From Phoronis australis (lineage: Eukaryota; Animalia; Phoronida), in the NCBI GenBank assembly GCA_002633005.1, contig NMRA01000013.1, positions 1,392,618 to 1,456,617 of the forward strand: DNA of 64,000 bases, in the 5' to 3' direction. Made by a program: the position numbers and the translations under genes. Below the pieces are notes generated by a model. That model saw only the letters and a list, made by a program, of their open reading frames with translations, did not search any database and was not told where the DNA came from. Below are positions 50,393-62,100 of the stretch, piece by piece (the first letter of the stretch is position 1; each line of letters opens with the position of its first letter).

Positions 50393-53300
50393 GTTTGCTT
50401 CACAGAAGAGTCTTTTTGACGGCATAACCAATTAGTGCCGTTCTTCATTCACGAACGGCTTCGTTACGACAACTTGAATACGCGGGTCATGAAAGAAGTT
50501 TTGCCTCACTTCTGTCTTGACTTTCGATAATAGATTGGTCATGACGATTAATTTTTTTCTTGTACTTGTTTCAGGTGAAGATGTCCCTGACGGCCCAGAA
50601 AAAGAAAAGAAAGAAAGCAACATAATGAAACTGAGGCAAAACGGTATTACCATAATTTTGTTGTCTAAAACAGTTTTATCTGCAGTGAAACAGTCCAGTT
50701 GTTTACAACCCATGCGATTTCTCCATGCTTTCTTTGAAATTGACACTGACGCATTCTGAATCATCATTTGTATCTGTGTTAGATATATGTTTAGGATAGA
50801 ATTATGGATACAATATATATAACTATATTTGTTTCATCCCATTTATATTTTGTCTTTGTCTTGTTATTAATTGCACGCAAGTTGTAAATTGTGCTGGTAT
50901 ATTGGCTTTGTTAGGTCTTTACTAATTCAGTAATGTTGCGGGTTGCTTATTATTTCTCTATCATGTAATTAAGTGATAGTCATTTTAAATAGGGGCCTGT
51001 CTATTCAACTTTTACCTTTATGTTATGTATTTTTATTACTGTGAAACAGTACAATGTAATCTGCTAACTTGTAAAAAGGTATTTTATACAGCTTAAACGG
51101 TTTTCTCGGTTTTTGAATGTGGGTCTCCACTCGTTTTTTGCACATGATATTTTCTAAGAGCCCAACAGCTGATTTTTTACTTGTGGAGGAAAAGATAAGA
51201 ATTACCTTTACCTTTCACTGTCTTGCACATTTTATGTTGTTGAATCTTTATTTTGTTATTCAAGCTAATATTTTTTATGAGTGCTAGACAACATTTAAAC
51301 AATGCACTCTGTCTTTGCATACAAAAGTGAATGCACTGTATGTTGTGACATATTTTGACACGTCATTACAATTGCCCAGGATCTAGGTAAAAAATCTCTG
51401 CAGAAATAGGTCCTTCATTGTCATCATCATAGTCATCACAGCATTCTGCTCCCTAATGGTGTTATTTTCCGTTTCCTTTCAGATAAGAGCCTTTTTGGCA
51501 TTTGCCCTTCACGCGACGAGTGCTATTTGGTCATTTGTGAAAAATGCGGACAAATAATCAAACCTCAGGCGTTAAAATGTCACATTGGTAGGTAGAAAAC
51601 TTGTCATGGGTCTTCAATTTTGAAAGGGGGGGGGTGCAAGTGCAGTTGTCGTAAACCAGTCCAGATACTGTTTAAGTTGCAGTAAGCTACTCTATGTAGT
51701 CAAATTGCTATACCTAGAGTACAAATTTGATTGGCAAAATACAGCACCTACAGTCCTCTTCAGCACTAAAAAACGTGTGACCTTCAAGGAAACTGGGGGA
51801 CCAGCGTCAGCAGAAAATGAACAAGTGCATATTTTCTTAAAGTGGTCGATGTAGGGTTTTCAAACCACGAAGCCAAAGAAAATTGCATAACAGGTTCTTG
51901 TATGCACCAGATTCATTTTGAAACCTGTGCCTCGTTGATCTAAGGAAGAAAATGCCTGCCCACAAGTTTTGCAAAGTTCTTTCAAACCAAGTGGTTGAAA
52001 CGGAATGTCACTTCAAAGATGAGTATCATTGGCTCACCAAGAAATGCAGGTCTCTTATTATATTTTGCTCATGGAGATGAAGTGGGCAAAAAGTACGAAC
52101 AGGTGCACACACGGTGTAGATAATTACAGTAAGTGATAAAAGTGTTGACTTAGAAAGGTTCTTCTCTTTGAGTTTAAGATCCATTATTTATTATCTGCCT
52201 GCACTTTTTCAGAACAAAGACACAGCGGCAGTTTAGACAGCTCGAAGAAAGTCGTGGCAGCCGTGGACAACAAAAACTCTAGGACTATGAACTCAAAGCC
52301 AGTGATTAGTATTACAAAGACAACACTGGCATCAGTGACTAATCCCACAGTATCCGTGCCAAAAACGGCTGCTACGGCTACAGTATCAAAGACATGTAAT
52401 GCCCAGGAACTCTTGTCTTCAGCAAAATTCATAGCCGCGGCGAGCTCGGCAGAAGCGCTGAAAAGAAAAGCACCGAGCCCCAAACCGAACTGTTCTGGTG
52501 CAGATTCTCGGCGACAGGCTACAGCAAAGTTGTCGCGGCTCAAAGCACAGCAGTCGCAACCCGTGTTGAATCTGGAGAAAGTGCGCGTGCCTTCGCCAAA
52601 AACACCGCCAGTTGCTGCTGACCCCCGCGTCCCTTCGCCCAAAATGCCGAGCGGTGGGTCGACTCCGCAAGGCAAGGAGCAGCATGCAGGTGTTGGAGTC
52701 AACGGTTTGGACGCACATGCAAAGTCTCTACAAAAAGTGCCGAAACAGATACCGTGTAAAGGTGTGCAGCCCATGTTTGTAATATTGCCCTGCGTAGTAC
52801 TATCGTATTGTATATTGGTTGCTTCCTAAGTAAAGTGGACCACTGTACTAAAAATTCTAGTATGATGGTGCGCCTCATGGTAATCATGCCCAGATTTCTC
52901 ACAAAATTTAGGGATATTCTTTGAGAATACTATTCCACTAAAACAAGCTCTTTATGTTATAAAAATTTTAAATAAAAGCAAGGAGCTTATTTTAAAAATA
53001 TTTTTGATAAAATTTGATAATGCATTACATAATTTTAGATGTTGACATGTATTCAATTTGACATCAAACATATTGAGAAGTATTGGGAATGGCCTAAAAA
53101 CTAGTGATGGAACTATACACATTTTCATAAATTTGTATCATTTTAGAAGGAATTTAAATATTTTGGATTTTATTCTTATTTATCAAGGTAATTCATCTTT
53201 TCTCAAGTATAAGTAATTTACTTACGACTTGTACCAACTGTAGCAACTTCAGCATGAAGCAATATTCAGCAATGTCATTTGAAGTTTTTCTTCAGGAAAA

Positions 53301-56300
53301 TGAGAATCAATATTTTCTAGTGACAACTGTGCTGCTTTATGAGCTCTCACCATGTCCGCTGTTGTACAAAATTGTTAAATATGATAAGGTTCCTAATAGT
53401 GAATGATCCTGCGGTATTTATTTGTTCAGTATCTCAAAAATGCTCTTTAAAAGATACAAATCAATCATGACTTTGTAAGACACCTAACGGTAAAACTTGG
53501 AACTAGCAATCAAATTGAAACCAGTCATGGTGTATCGATACTGAAATTGGTTGGTCTTGCATCACAATTTGTACAATTATTAAAAACAGGCGTATTAATA
53601 GATGCACATATACAATAAGGCATATGCAACTGCTCCTGCAAGCGAAATTTTGGCACTTCAGCAAAACTTTTTTTGAAAAACATTATTTCGTATACAAGCG
53701 CAGAGGCCTAAATCTGTGCAAATAAAGAAAGTGTCTATCTAGTGTGGGAAATGTTGATTAGTGGTTTGAGTACCTTTATTATTAGAAAATTGGTCCAAGT
53801 TTTTTTGTACGGACACTTCTCATTGGGAAGTTGCTTAGACTTTTAGCTTTTTGTGCATGACTGCTGGTTTACTGTGAAGTTCGGCTGTTTTTCAGTAAAC
53901 AATCCACACCGTCGGGTTTGCCAACATCTCTTGTAACCCACCCAAATATCTCTTGTACTTCTTACAGCAAATTGGCGTGTTCATACTGGGCTCAAAAAGA
54001 ATGTGACTGTCACGGGTTTTGTGTGGTTCAGTGAGGAGTCTTGTCTCGTTTTGAGTTCATTGGAAATGATTGTTCCTTTTCTTGAAATAACAATTGTGTT
54101 TTTTTTTTCTGTTCGGGTGCAGCTCTGGAATTCTGTTCCACTGTCTCTAATTTTGTCTTAGTTTGAAGTTGCATGTGTAGCCGCTGAAAGCGCACAAACT
54201 TTTGCAGTGCAATGTCTTGAAAAGCAGTGTCGTGGGTTGTCCTTATATAATTGCCTGCCTCCTGTTTCAGATCGAGAGTTTTCTCCCGACATCCACTGTG
54301 GCGTAAAGGTCTCTGACACCGGAGAACAATGCACCCGGTCATTGACATGTAAAGTAGGTGTCTCTTCGAGAATGCAGTGTTAGGAATATAGTTTGTTGTG
54401 GAAGATAACCTTTAAATTTTAAGTCTGTGTTGAAATGGGAAGCAGTGTTTTTCATGCCAGCTGGCTAGTGAAAAGAAATTCGTGTAATAGTTGTTAAATT
54501 TGACATTTATGTCCAGTATTTTTTCCTATTACCAGTGAAAGCTGAACAAAAAGTGAATGAAATCCAGGTGTTGTAGCATTCAAGATATGCATATATGCTC
54601 ATCAATTTGTCATCTGTTGCTTGCAGCGCCACCTGTTGTCGAAGCGCCGAGCCGTGTGCGGCCGCTCAAAGCCATTTGACCAGCTCCTGAACGAGCACCG
54701 AGAGAAGAAAGAGTTCCAGAAGCAGCTCAAACTCCAACAGGCCGCAGTTACGGCTGCTAGACAGTTGGGACAGTCTCAGGGATTCACACCGCTCAACAGG
54801 GCGGTGCAGATGGCGGCGACGTCGCCAGTGAATAGTGGTGGTGTCGTTGCCGTCACCAGCCCGTCAACAATGAAGCCCGTGAACAGAGCGATACATTCGC
54901 CGTATTATAGGTACTGGGTTCCTACCGATATTTGGGGACGAATAGAGTTCAGTTCTGAAATGTGTGAACTGGCTGAAGATCGAAACTAATTGTACTCATA
55001 AAATTGGTTTAGTTGTGAATTTTCAAGCTTTTTAAAACTCACTGTGTTTAATGTGCACCAAGTGTCTATTTGATCATTGATTAAGATACTGCCTGTGATG
55101 TGTTTCGTGATAACATAATAGTATATACTAAAATCATCTAGGCATCACATAATTGACATAAATTTCCCTTAACCCTTATACTGCGCTAGGCGAAGTCAGC
55201 CGACCTGCCAATTATCTTATTGCAATGCGTTGGGTGTACTCAATCGCCTATGATAAGCTGCAGCTGGGAGGGTGCACTCACCCCAGGACACTTGTGATTT
55301 TCATTCAGAAATTATGAGAGCCCTGGAATGTTATTTAGAAATGTTAGCAAGTGCATTCCTTTGTTCACAGTTTCCTCTACATTATTCTGATTTAAAGTAT
55401 GTGGCTGTGATTACTAGTTTGGGCGGCACTGGCAGGTTTATGTAAGTGTAGACACATAGTGTCATTATGTGGCTGGAACCAGATGAGAGAGGATGACAGT
55501 GGATCAGTTTACTTTCACTAAGACTATGATGAAGATTTACGTATGGTAAAAATCTCCCTTAAACTTTGGACAACTTTTATGTTGGCTTCTTTTCTGTGAA
55601 AGTAACGTTTCCCATTCAAATTTTTAATTTGAAATTGCAGGTCATTAGTCTGGGTGACCTTCATAATAGCCCAGTGTACAGTAGTAGTGTCCTGGGGTGA
55701 GTGCACTCACCTACAGCTGGCAGCTGCAGCTTATTGTCTATTGAATACACCCATCATGCTGTGTAGGATAATTGGCAAGTCGACTGACCTCTCCTAGTGC
55801 AGGATAAGGGTTAAAGAAAAATATTTCTTTCACCAGCCAAAAAAGTGGAATCTCTTTCACCATTTGTCTCTGCCTTTGACATGATTATTCGCTACATGGT
55901 TATCTGCACTGTTCTAGGGCTAACAGTCGCGAATTACCCAATCAATCACCCACTGCTCATCAGTCGGACACGTGGAGTAGAGTTGATGAACCCTTCATTC
56001 CAGACTTCACACCAGCCCCTGCAGCTGTGAGTTTAGATTATTTTACCATTTCTCGTCACTAGCCATCAATTTCTGTAAAAATCAATAATCGTCCATGGTA
56101 TAATTTCGAGGCTTATAAGTAGGTGGCTAAGGTTTATAGATTGTTCTTAGAAGCGTGTAATCACTCAATGAGTGATAAGTTTTTTAAACTTCAAAATTGA
56201 ATGAATGCTGTTTAAAAAAAGTGTGGTATGAATGCCATTAAAAAAATCCCTCTGTGAAAGTTTAAGAATTAGGTAATGTTGTGAAGTAAGTAAAACACTT

Positions 56301-59300
56301 GTTGAAGAAATTTTGATATCTGTTAAGCCCAGAATTAATCCATATTATCTTGTTACTGATTCAGAACAGCTTGAGACTAATTTCATGACAGCAGATGGTT
56401 AAATGAGAGCCACCAACAATCATTTTGTAACTCTGACCTTTGTAAATTTTCAGGTGTGTACATTTGGTGCCCGCTACAAATGCCGAAGTTTAATGTTCAA
56501 CCGAAAGATGGACCTACTGTCTAGCGCATTTAGGGACTGTGCTGAACGCTTCCTTCATCCACCTCCATTCAAGTACGTTTGTATGAGTTTTAGTCAGCTG
56601 GTAATGACTTGCCAGTTTGGATTTTTTTGTTTTCTGTCTTACAGCAGCGAATGCAAAATTAGTGGTCATAGAAATTCCGTTACATTTTTCTTAACCACCT
56701 TGAACGTGTTATCAAAATCTTTCCAGGACATTTGGCTTTTATGTTTGATCTTAATCTTTTAATGTTGTGCTTCAAAATTTTTGGAAGTCGTGGTTCTTCG
56801 GGGAAAGAATATTTTTGCAGGTGGTGGCATGATTGTTTATAAATGTTGAATACCGATTGATGAGAGATTATAGCTATCACGATTGCTCCTAAATTTTCAG
56901 AAAAATGTGTGTTGAGGGGAAACGGACAGAGCCCAAAATGTCTAGTCAAACTGAGCAGTCCGACTATAGTCAGGAAGGAAGCACAGCTCAATCAAAGACA
57001 CTGTTTAGTTCCAAGAATAAATCAGCCATGCGTGCCATCAAGCCAAAAGACGCAATGTCCAAATCAAACTCGTCTCCCGTTGCCAGTGCGTCATTCAATC
57101 ACAGCTTTCACAACAAGCCACGCAAGAAAAACAGCAGTGGCAGTAGCAGTGGTAACCCAACAAGTGTACCTGCCAATCATGTGGTTGCTGCGGCAACAAG
57201 CCAGGCCACGGTGCCGGTGGCCATTCCTTTGCAAGGTGCCCTGCTGCAAAACAAAAACTGTCGGCGGGATTACAACCTGGTTGTGACGGGTGCTCTTGAC
57301 CCAAATTCCGCACAGCTCATCAACATCAACACCTCTGACTTTGCTAATTCTCTCAACTTTGTCCAATTGCCCATCTTTGCCACAGTCGATGGCTTGTCTG
57401 GCTCTCTCAATGCTGGTAATGGTGCCGGCAAGGTGTCATTGGCAGCAGTGCAACAGTCGACGTCGTCAACCAATCAGGTGTTCCGATCTGTAAGTAGGGG
57501 TTCTGCTTGGTGAAAATTTTAAACGCCAAAATGCAGGATTTTATACAGCCCAATTGTGAAAGATTCTTAGTTTTAGAGAAATTTGATACACGTAGCTTCA
57601 GTCATCTGATCTGATAGCAACCAGTTTATGACTGTTGCATACTAGTTACTGTGAGCATTTAAATGCAGTGACAGTCTAGAGTTACACAATGATGTCTCCT
57701 GCTCCTTTGAGCTTGGTTTTGAAGGTATGCAAGGGAGACAACAAGAACCTGGGTACAATGCGAAAACGATTTCTTGGAGTGTGCTAATATTAGAAAAGAA
57801 AAGGTGTTATTGATGTACCAAACATTTAAAGGTGTTATGAGCGCAGCTTGATGTGTTTAAAACCACCACGTTCCTTGTTTTGACAAGTTAAGATGAGAAA
57901 ATAGAAGAAATGCGACTTTTAATTTAAAGTTTCTTCGGTCCACGTTTGTGAGCGTGATGAACGAATGTACCCAGCACAAATGGGTCATGTCTACCAACGC
58001 GCGAGTTTGTTATACAAACTTAATGCCTTATCTGCACTTCTCTGGTGTCTCATGGGAAATCAGAAAGCGCCACAGCATGGTCAAATACTAAGTTGTCACA
58101 TAAACGCTACGCATCAGCATTCTTAATTATACCATTAACCACGGGAAACTGAGCAGCAATATCTAGTGACTTTTCACACTAAACAAAATGGAGGATGACT
58201 ATTGCTGTGATTGGTTGTTCTGATTCTATATAGTGTGCATCGACCAATAAATGCTCATACCTCAAAATCGGCTGATTAACATATCATCGGATAGTTTTTG
58301 CGAGTATTCTTATTTGACATCTGAGTGACTGGTGGGATTGTTTTTGATATGAAATTGGTGACATTGAGCACTTTAAGCCCAATGACTTAGGGTATCCTTT
58401 GTCACATACAGGGCTTGGAATTTTCCTCTTTTAAGAGGATTTCTTCTTTGGTTTTGATTTCCTCTTGTTGGATTTCCAGTTTCCTCTTTTTTGTCTCTTT
58501 TTTATCATTATTTTGACTTTATTTATGCAAAAACGTTTATTTCAGTTAAATTTTACAACACAAACATATTTCTATTACACTAGCCTATTTATTTGAGCAA
58601 TGATACATCACCTGGAAAATTTTCCTCTTTTTTGTCATCGGTCATTTCAAGCCTTGAAACAAGGTAACACTACTGGTGACATTGGTCAGAAATAGAGCTC
58701 TTGGGTGTTATTTTTTATTTATTAAACCGCTTCATTCTTGTTTTATCTTACCTCAAATAGAGGCTTCTTAACCCACCACTGTTCAGGANCGCTACGCCTC
58801 AGCATTCTTAATTATACCATTAACCACGGGAAACTGAGCAGCAATATCTAGTGACTTTTCACACTAAACAAAATGGAGGATGACTAGCGATGTGATTGGT
58901 TGTTCTGATTCTATATAGTGTGCATCGACCAATAAATGCTCATACCTCAAAATCGGCTGATTAACATATCATCGGATTTTGCGAGTATTCTTATTTGACA
59001 TCTGAGTGACTGGTGGGATTGTTTTTGATATGAAATTGGCGACATTGAGCACTTTAAGCCCAATGACTTAGGGTATCCTTTGTCACATACAGGGCTTGGA
59101 ATTTTCCTCTTTTAAGAGGATTTCCTCTTTGGTTTTGATTTCCTCTTGTTGGATTTCCAGTTTCCTCTTTTTTGTCTCTTTTTTATCATTATTTTGACTT
59201 TATTTATGCAAAAACGTTTATTTCAGTTAAATTTTACAACACAAACATATTTCTATTACACTAGCCTATTTATTTGGGCAATGATACATCACCTGGAAAA

Positions 59301-60793
59301 TTTTACTCTTTTTTGTCATCGGTCATTTCAAGCCTTGAAACAAGGTAACACTACTGGTGACATTGGTCAGAAATAGAGCTCTTGGGTGTTATTTTTTATT
59401 TATTAAACCGCTTCATTCTTGTTTTATCTTACCTCAAATAGAGGCTTCTTAACCCACCACTGTTCAGGAGGATAACTTTAACACATTGTTTTCCTCCTTT
59501 CGAAAGAACAAAATCAAGCTATGCCTTTTCTGTTAAACTTTACAATTTTGCATTCCAGGGCTCAGTCAGTCCCCAGGTGTCTGCAGCATCTCTTACCAAC
59601 GGTATCATGTCGTCTGGCAGGAACCACAGCTTGGGCAGTAGGACGCCGAGTCCAGCCACTGATCTCTCTAACTCTGGGCAGTTCACAATACTCGCTGGTA
59701 TGTGAACAGGATAACAGTGAGAGGGCTCTGGTTGTAGGGTGCTGTGTTTTGTCTATAAATGTCCGTGAATTTGATGGCGAAGTGGCTGATGCTTCGTTTT
59801 TTTATGTTAAACATATGGGCAAAGAATTCTCTGACATCTCCACTGTTAGTGCTCAGTAACATGCCGAACTGCCGTAACATTTGTTTTGGAAAGTATCGTC
59901 TCGTGGTCAAGGTGGAGGCGTAAAGCGTACGCACAAAAAAATTGGTTAGATTAAGTTGCAATGCATTCCAGCATGCGTTGACTGAGACAAATACACGCCG
60001 AGCTGTGATAAGTTGGCCCATAAGTTTGTGTCTCTTTTAAGTCATTTAACCCATATCCGTTCGATGTTTTCTAAGCTGATCTTCTCTAATTGTTCATGTT
60101 CTGTTGTCTTGATGTTGATAATGTGTAAACATACCTACCACAGTTTTTCTTTGAGAGCCTCATTGGCATTAAGTATTTAGCATGATTGTTATCATGACAA
60201 CACCATTGCTCTACCATTGTAACGGGTCATGTGATTGTGAAATGTCACTGTTGTCATCAAAGCATGTTTTTAGAAAATGAGGGTCTGTTGCTGTTTTATG
60301 GATAGTCGTAAATACAGTATGTGTTACAGGGTCAATCTACATATGCATGATGGCATGCAAAGAAGTGTTTCCAGAGAGCTCCTAATTTTGAGTCACAATA
60401 ATCCTGCGTTGGGGTATAATGGTAGTATTGCTATACTCATCTATGAAATCTTCATTTTCAGGTAAGCCCAAGCCAACACAGTCGGTTGGCAAGGCCCAGT
60501 TTCCAGCCACCCTCCTGAATACCGGTCGATTGCTGACTGCCTCCGGTTATCCACAGGTGGGACCTCTAATGCAACAGATTCAGATTCAGGGCAGCTCGAT
60601 CAAGGTAGACGGCAGTGGCGCTCCTGTTGGCAGTGTTGTCGGCACGGCCACTGGAGTGCGCCAACTCCCCAGATCCATTCCAATGGTGAAGCAGGAAGGC
60701 TCCAAAGAGATGTCGGCGCGAGCATTTTTCTCTTCAAACGATGATGCTTTAAAACAGCAGCAGGAATCATCAGCAACTAACGCAGTTTCATAA
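50311..60793 (+). CDS. ATXN7: Ataxin-7 family protein (SAGA DUB-module subunit), complete; exons 50311-50392, 50575-50643, 51483-51587, 52213-52761, 54271-54353, 54627-54910, 55918-56026, 56454-56572, 56901-57489, 59559-59697, 60462-60793; 2460 nt = 819 aa
   Basis: The N-terminal block is MATLDWSPSLFEGQSWTAW. It is followed by the ZnF block FGICPSRDECYLVICEKCGQIIKPQALKCHIEQRH, the SCA7 domain DREFSPDIHCGV...CTRSLTCKRHLLSKRRAVCGRSKPFDQLLNEH, and a third block PAPAAVCTFGAR...FNRKMD. All phases are consistent. Confidence 0.93.
50575..50643 (+). CDS. ATXN7: ATXN7-family exon 2
   Basis: GEDVPDGPEKEKKESNIMKLRQN; phase 1-1. Confidence 0.85.
51483..51587 (+). CDS. ATXN7: ATXN7-family exon 3 (N-terminal zinc finger)
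   Basis: DKSLFGICPSRDECYLVICEKCGQIIKPQALKCHI. Confidence 0.94.
52213..52761 (+). CDS. ATXN7: ATXN7-family exon 4
   Basis: EQRHSGS...S/T/P/K-rich linker...KVPKQIPCK; ag/gt bounded. Confidence 0.9.
54271..54353 (+). CDS. ATXN7: ATXN7-family exon 5 (SCA7 domain)
   Basis: DREFSPDIHCGVKVSDTGEQCTRSLTCK. Confidence 0.95.
54627..54910 (+). CDS. ATXN7: ATXN7-family exon 6
   Basis: RHLLSKRRAVCGRSKPFDQLLNEHREKK... Confidence 0.92.
55173..55810. mobile_element. piggyBac-type MITE in an ATXN7 intron
   Basis: TTAA|CCCTTATACTGCGCTAGG ... CCTAGTGCAGGATAAGGG|TTAA; ~120 bp imperfect TIRs. Confidence 0.9.
55918..56026 (+). CDS. ATXN7: ATXN7-family exon 7
   Basis: ANSRELPNQSPTAHQSDTWSRVDEPFIPDFTPAPAA|gtgag; phase 2-0 fits its neighbours. 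Confidence 0.82.
56454..56572 (+). CDS. ATXN7: ATXN7-family exon 8
   Basis: VCTFGARYKCRSLMFNRKMDLLSSAFRDCAERFLHPPPFK. Confidence 0.9.
56901..57489 (+). CDS. ATXN7: ATXN7-family exon 9
   Basis: Long open S/A/N-rich exon, ttttcag|...|gtaag. Confidence 0.88.
58105..59469. repeat. ~680-bp tandem duplication joined at N58789 (likely haplotype/contig-overlap artefact); each unit contains a CAGGGCTTGGAAT MITE
   Basis: 58105-58788 vs 58790-59469 are nearly identical, with a few SNPs/indels. Confidence 0.9.
59559..59697 (+). CDS. ATXN7: ATXN7-family exon 10
   Basis: GSVSPQVSAASLTNGIMSSGRNHSLGSRTPSPATDLSNSGQFTILA; phase 0-1. Confidence 0.8.
60462..60793 (+). CDS. ATXN7: ATXN7-family terminal exon
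   Basis: ttttcag|GKPKPTQSVG...QQQESSATNAVS*. Confidence 0.82.
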
Positions 60794-61530
60794 CGCATAC
60801 TGCTGAAGTGTAGACACTCAAAAAGTTAAGTGCAATTATTTTGTGAGTAAAGCAGCATGCCTCGCGGTCGCTGCCTTTCAGTTTCGCTGCTCTCTTTATG
60901 TGATCTGATACTGAATTCGATCTGCGAGTGACTACTTATAGTGTTGGACCAAGTCATACCGTGTCTCTTAAGCTGGTTACCAGCGCTATCCAAATTCCCT
61001 TTGCCGTATTTGAGATTGTTTATTTAAGTAATTTGTTAGGAGTACAGCGTGCTCAGTATCTCCATTTACAAGTATCCAAATTATTTGTGGAAACGAACAC
61101 CATAGGTTTTTACAGTACTAGAGTGTACAGCTGCATTGTCAGATTACCCAAGAGCCATGATGCAAACAGTTCAATGGCTCGTCATCCACTAGTTTTGTCT
61201 GTGATATTCAATACCCCCATTCATGAGCAGTGGCTTGTGTTTACTAGGTTAATTATGCAAGTTGTTGGAGCTAATGAGTAGCTCCACTACAAGACAAAAG
61301 TAATCGGGCAAAATACCATTTTTCGGTCACGATGGCTATTTGTGTTAACTGCAAAAATGACTGATAATAGTATTTGGTGGCAAAATTCTAATTATATAAT
61401 GCCTTAGCCACCTTAAGAACTTTCCTGTTAACTTCGCTTCATTCTCGGTCATGAAGGAAGACTATTTTGACCATGAATTTGGCTCCCGCCTTGCCGCCAT
61501 GATGGGGAATTATGGGTCATTTTTCTCTAA

Positions 61531-62100
61531 GGGCTGTTCCAGCAAAATCTGTGTGGGAGGGGGGAAGGCAACCGAAATAAAAATTTATGGGTGGTTGCGT
61601 TTGACTTAAATTCAAAATGGCTGGTGGTCGTACTTTAAAAAAATTAAAATTTTCAGGTCATTGTTGTTTCACTGGGCCATAAATGTTTGATGGTGGGTAA
61701 TTTTAGTAAATTTTGTAAACAATCTGCACAGAATCAAAAACTGAAACAAAAATGCAACTTGCAAAGAGCTCCAACTTTTTCACTCCCTCCGATCTCCTCA
61801 TCGGCATGCCCATAACACCATTTAACCACAGGTGCTCGAATTTCTCGATGGCTAATAACCATATATATGAAACATATTGTTTTCTTAGTAATGAATGTCG
61901 TTAGTGGTGATGGAGGAACAGATAAACTCAAGCGCCTGTGCAGTCAACCACAAGAACAAAAATAATTACGGGTGGTTGCATTTCAAACTTATAAAAAATT
62001 ACGGGTGGTAGGCTGAAGAAATAAATGAAAAATATGGGTGGTGGGTGCGAAAAAAAGGTGCCTTCCCCACCTCCCATACAGATTTTACTGGAACAGTCCC
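61531..62100. mobile_element. PIF/Harbinger-like MITE
   Basis: TAA|GGGCTGTTCCAGCAAAATCTGTGTGGGAGGGGGAAGGCA ... TGCCTTCCCCACCTCCCATACAGATTTTACTGGAACAGTCCC. Confidence 0.82.

Noticed and set aside
52184-52774. 196-aa minus-strand ORF (and similar antisense ORFs at 24474-25070, 57091-57473, 11824-12030)
   Set aside because: These are shadows of + strand exons or transposase relics.
58105-59469. 680-bp tandem duplication as a biological event
   Set aside because: The junction is exactly an N and the copies differ at allele-like levels, so it is most likely an assembly overlap.
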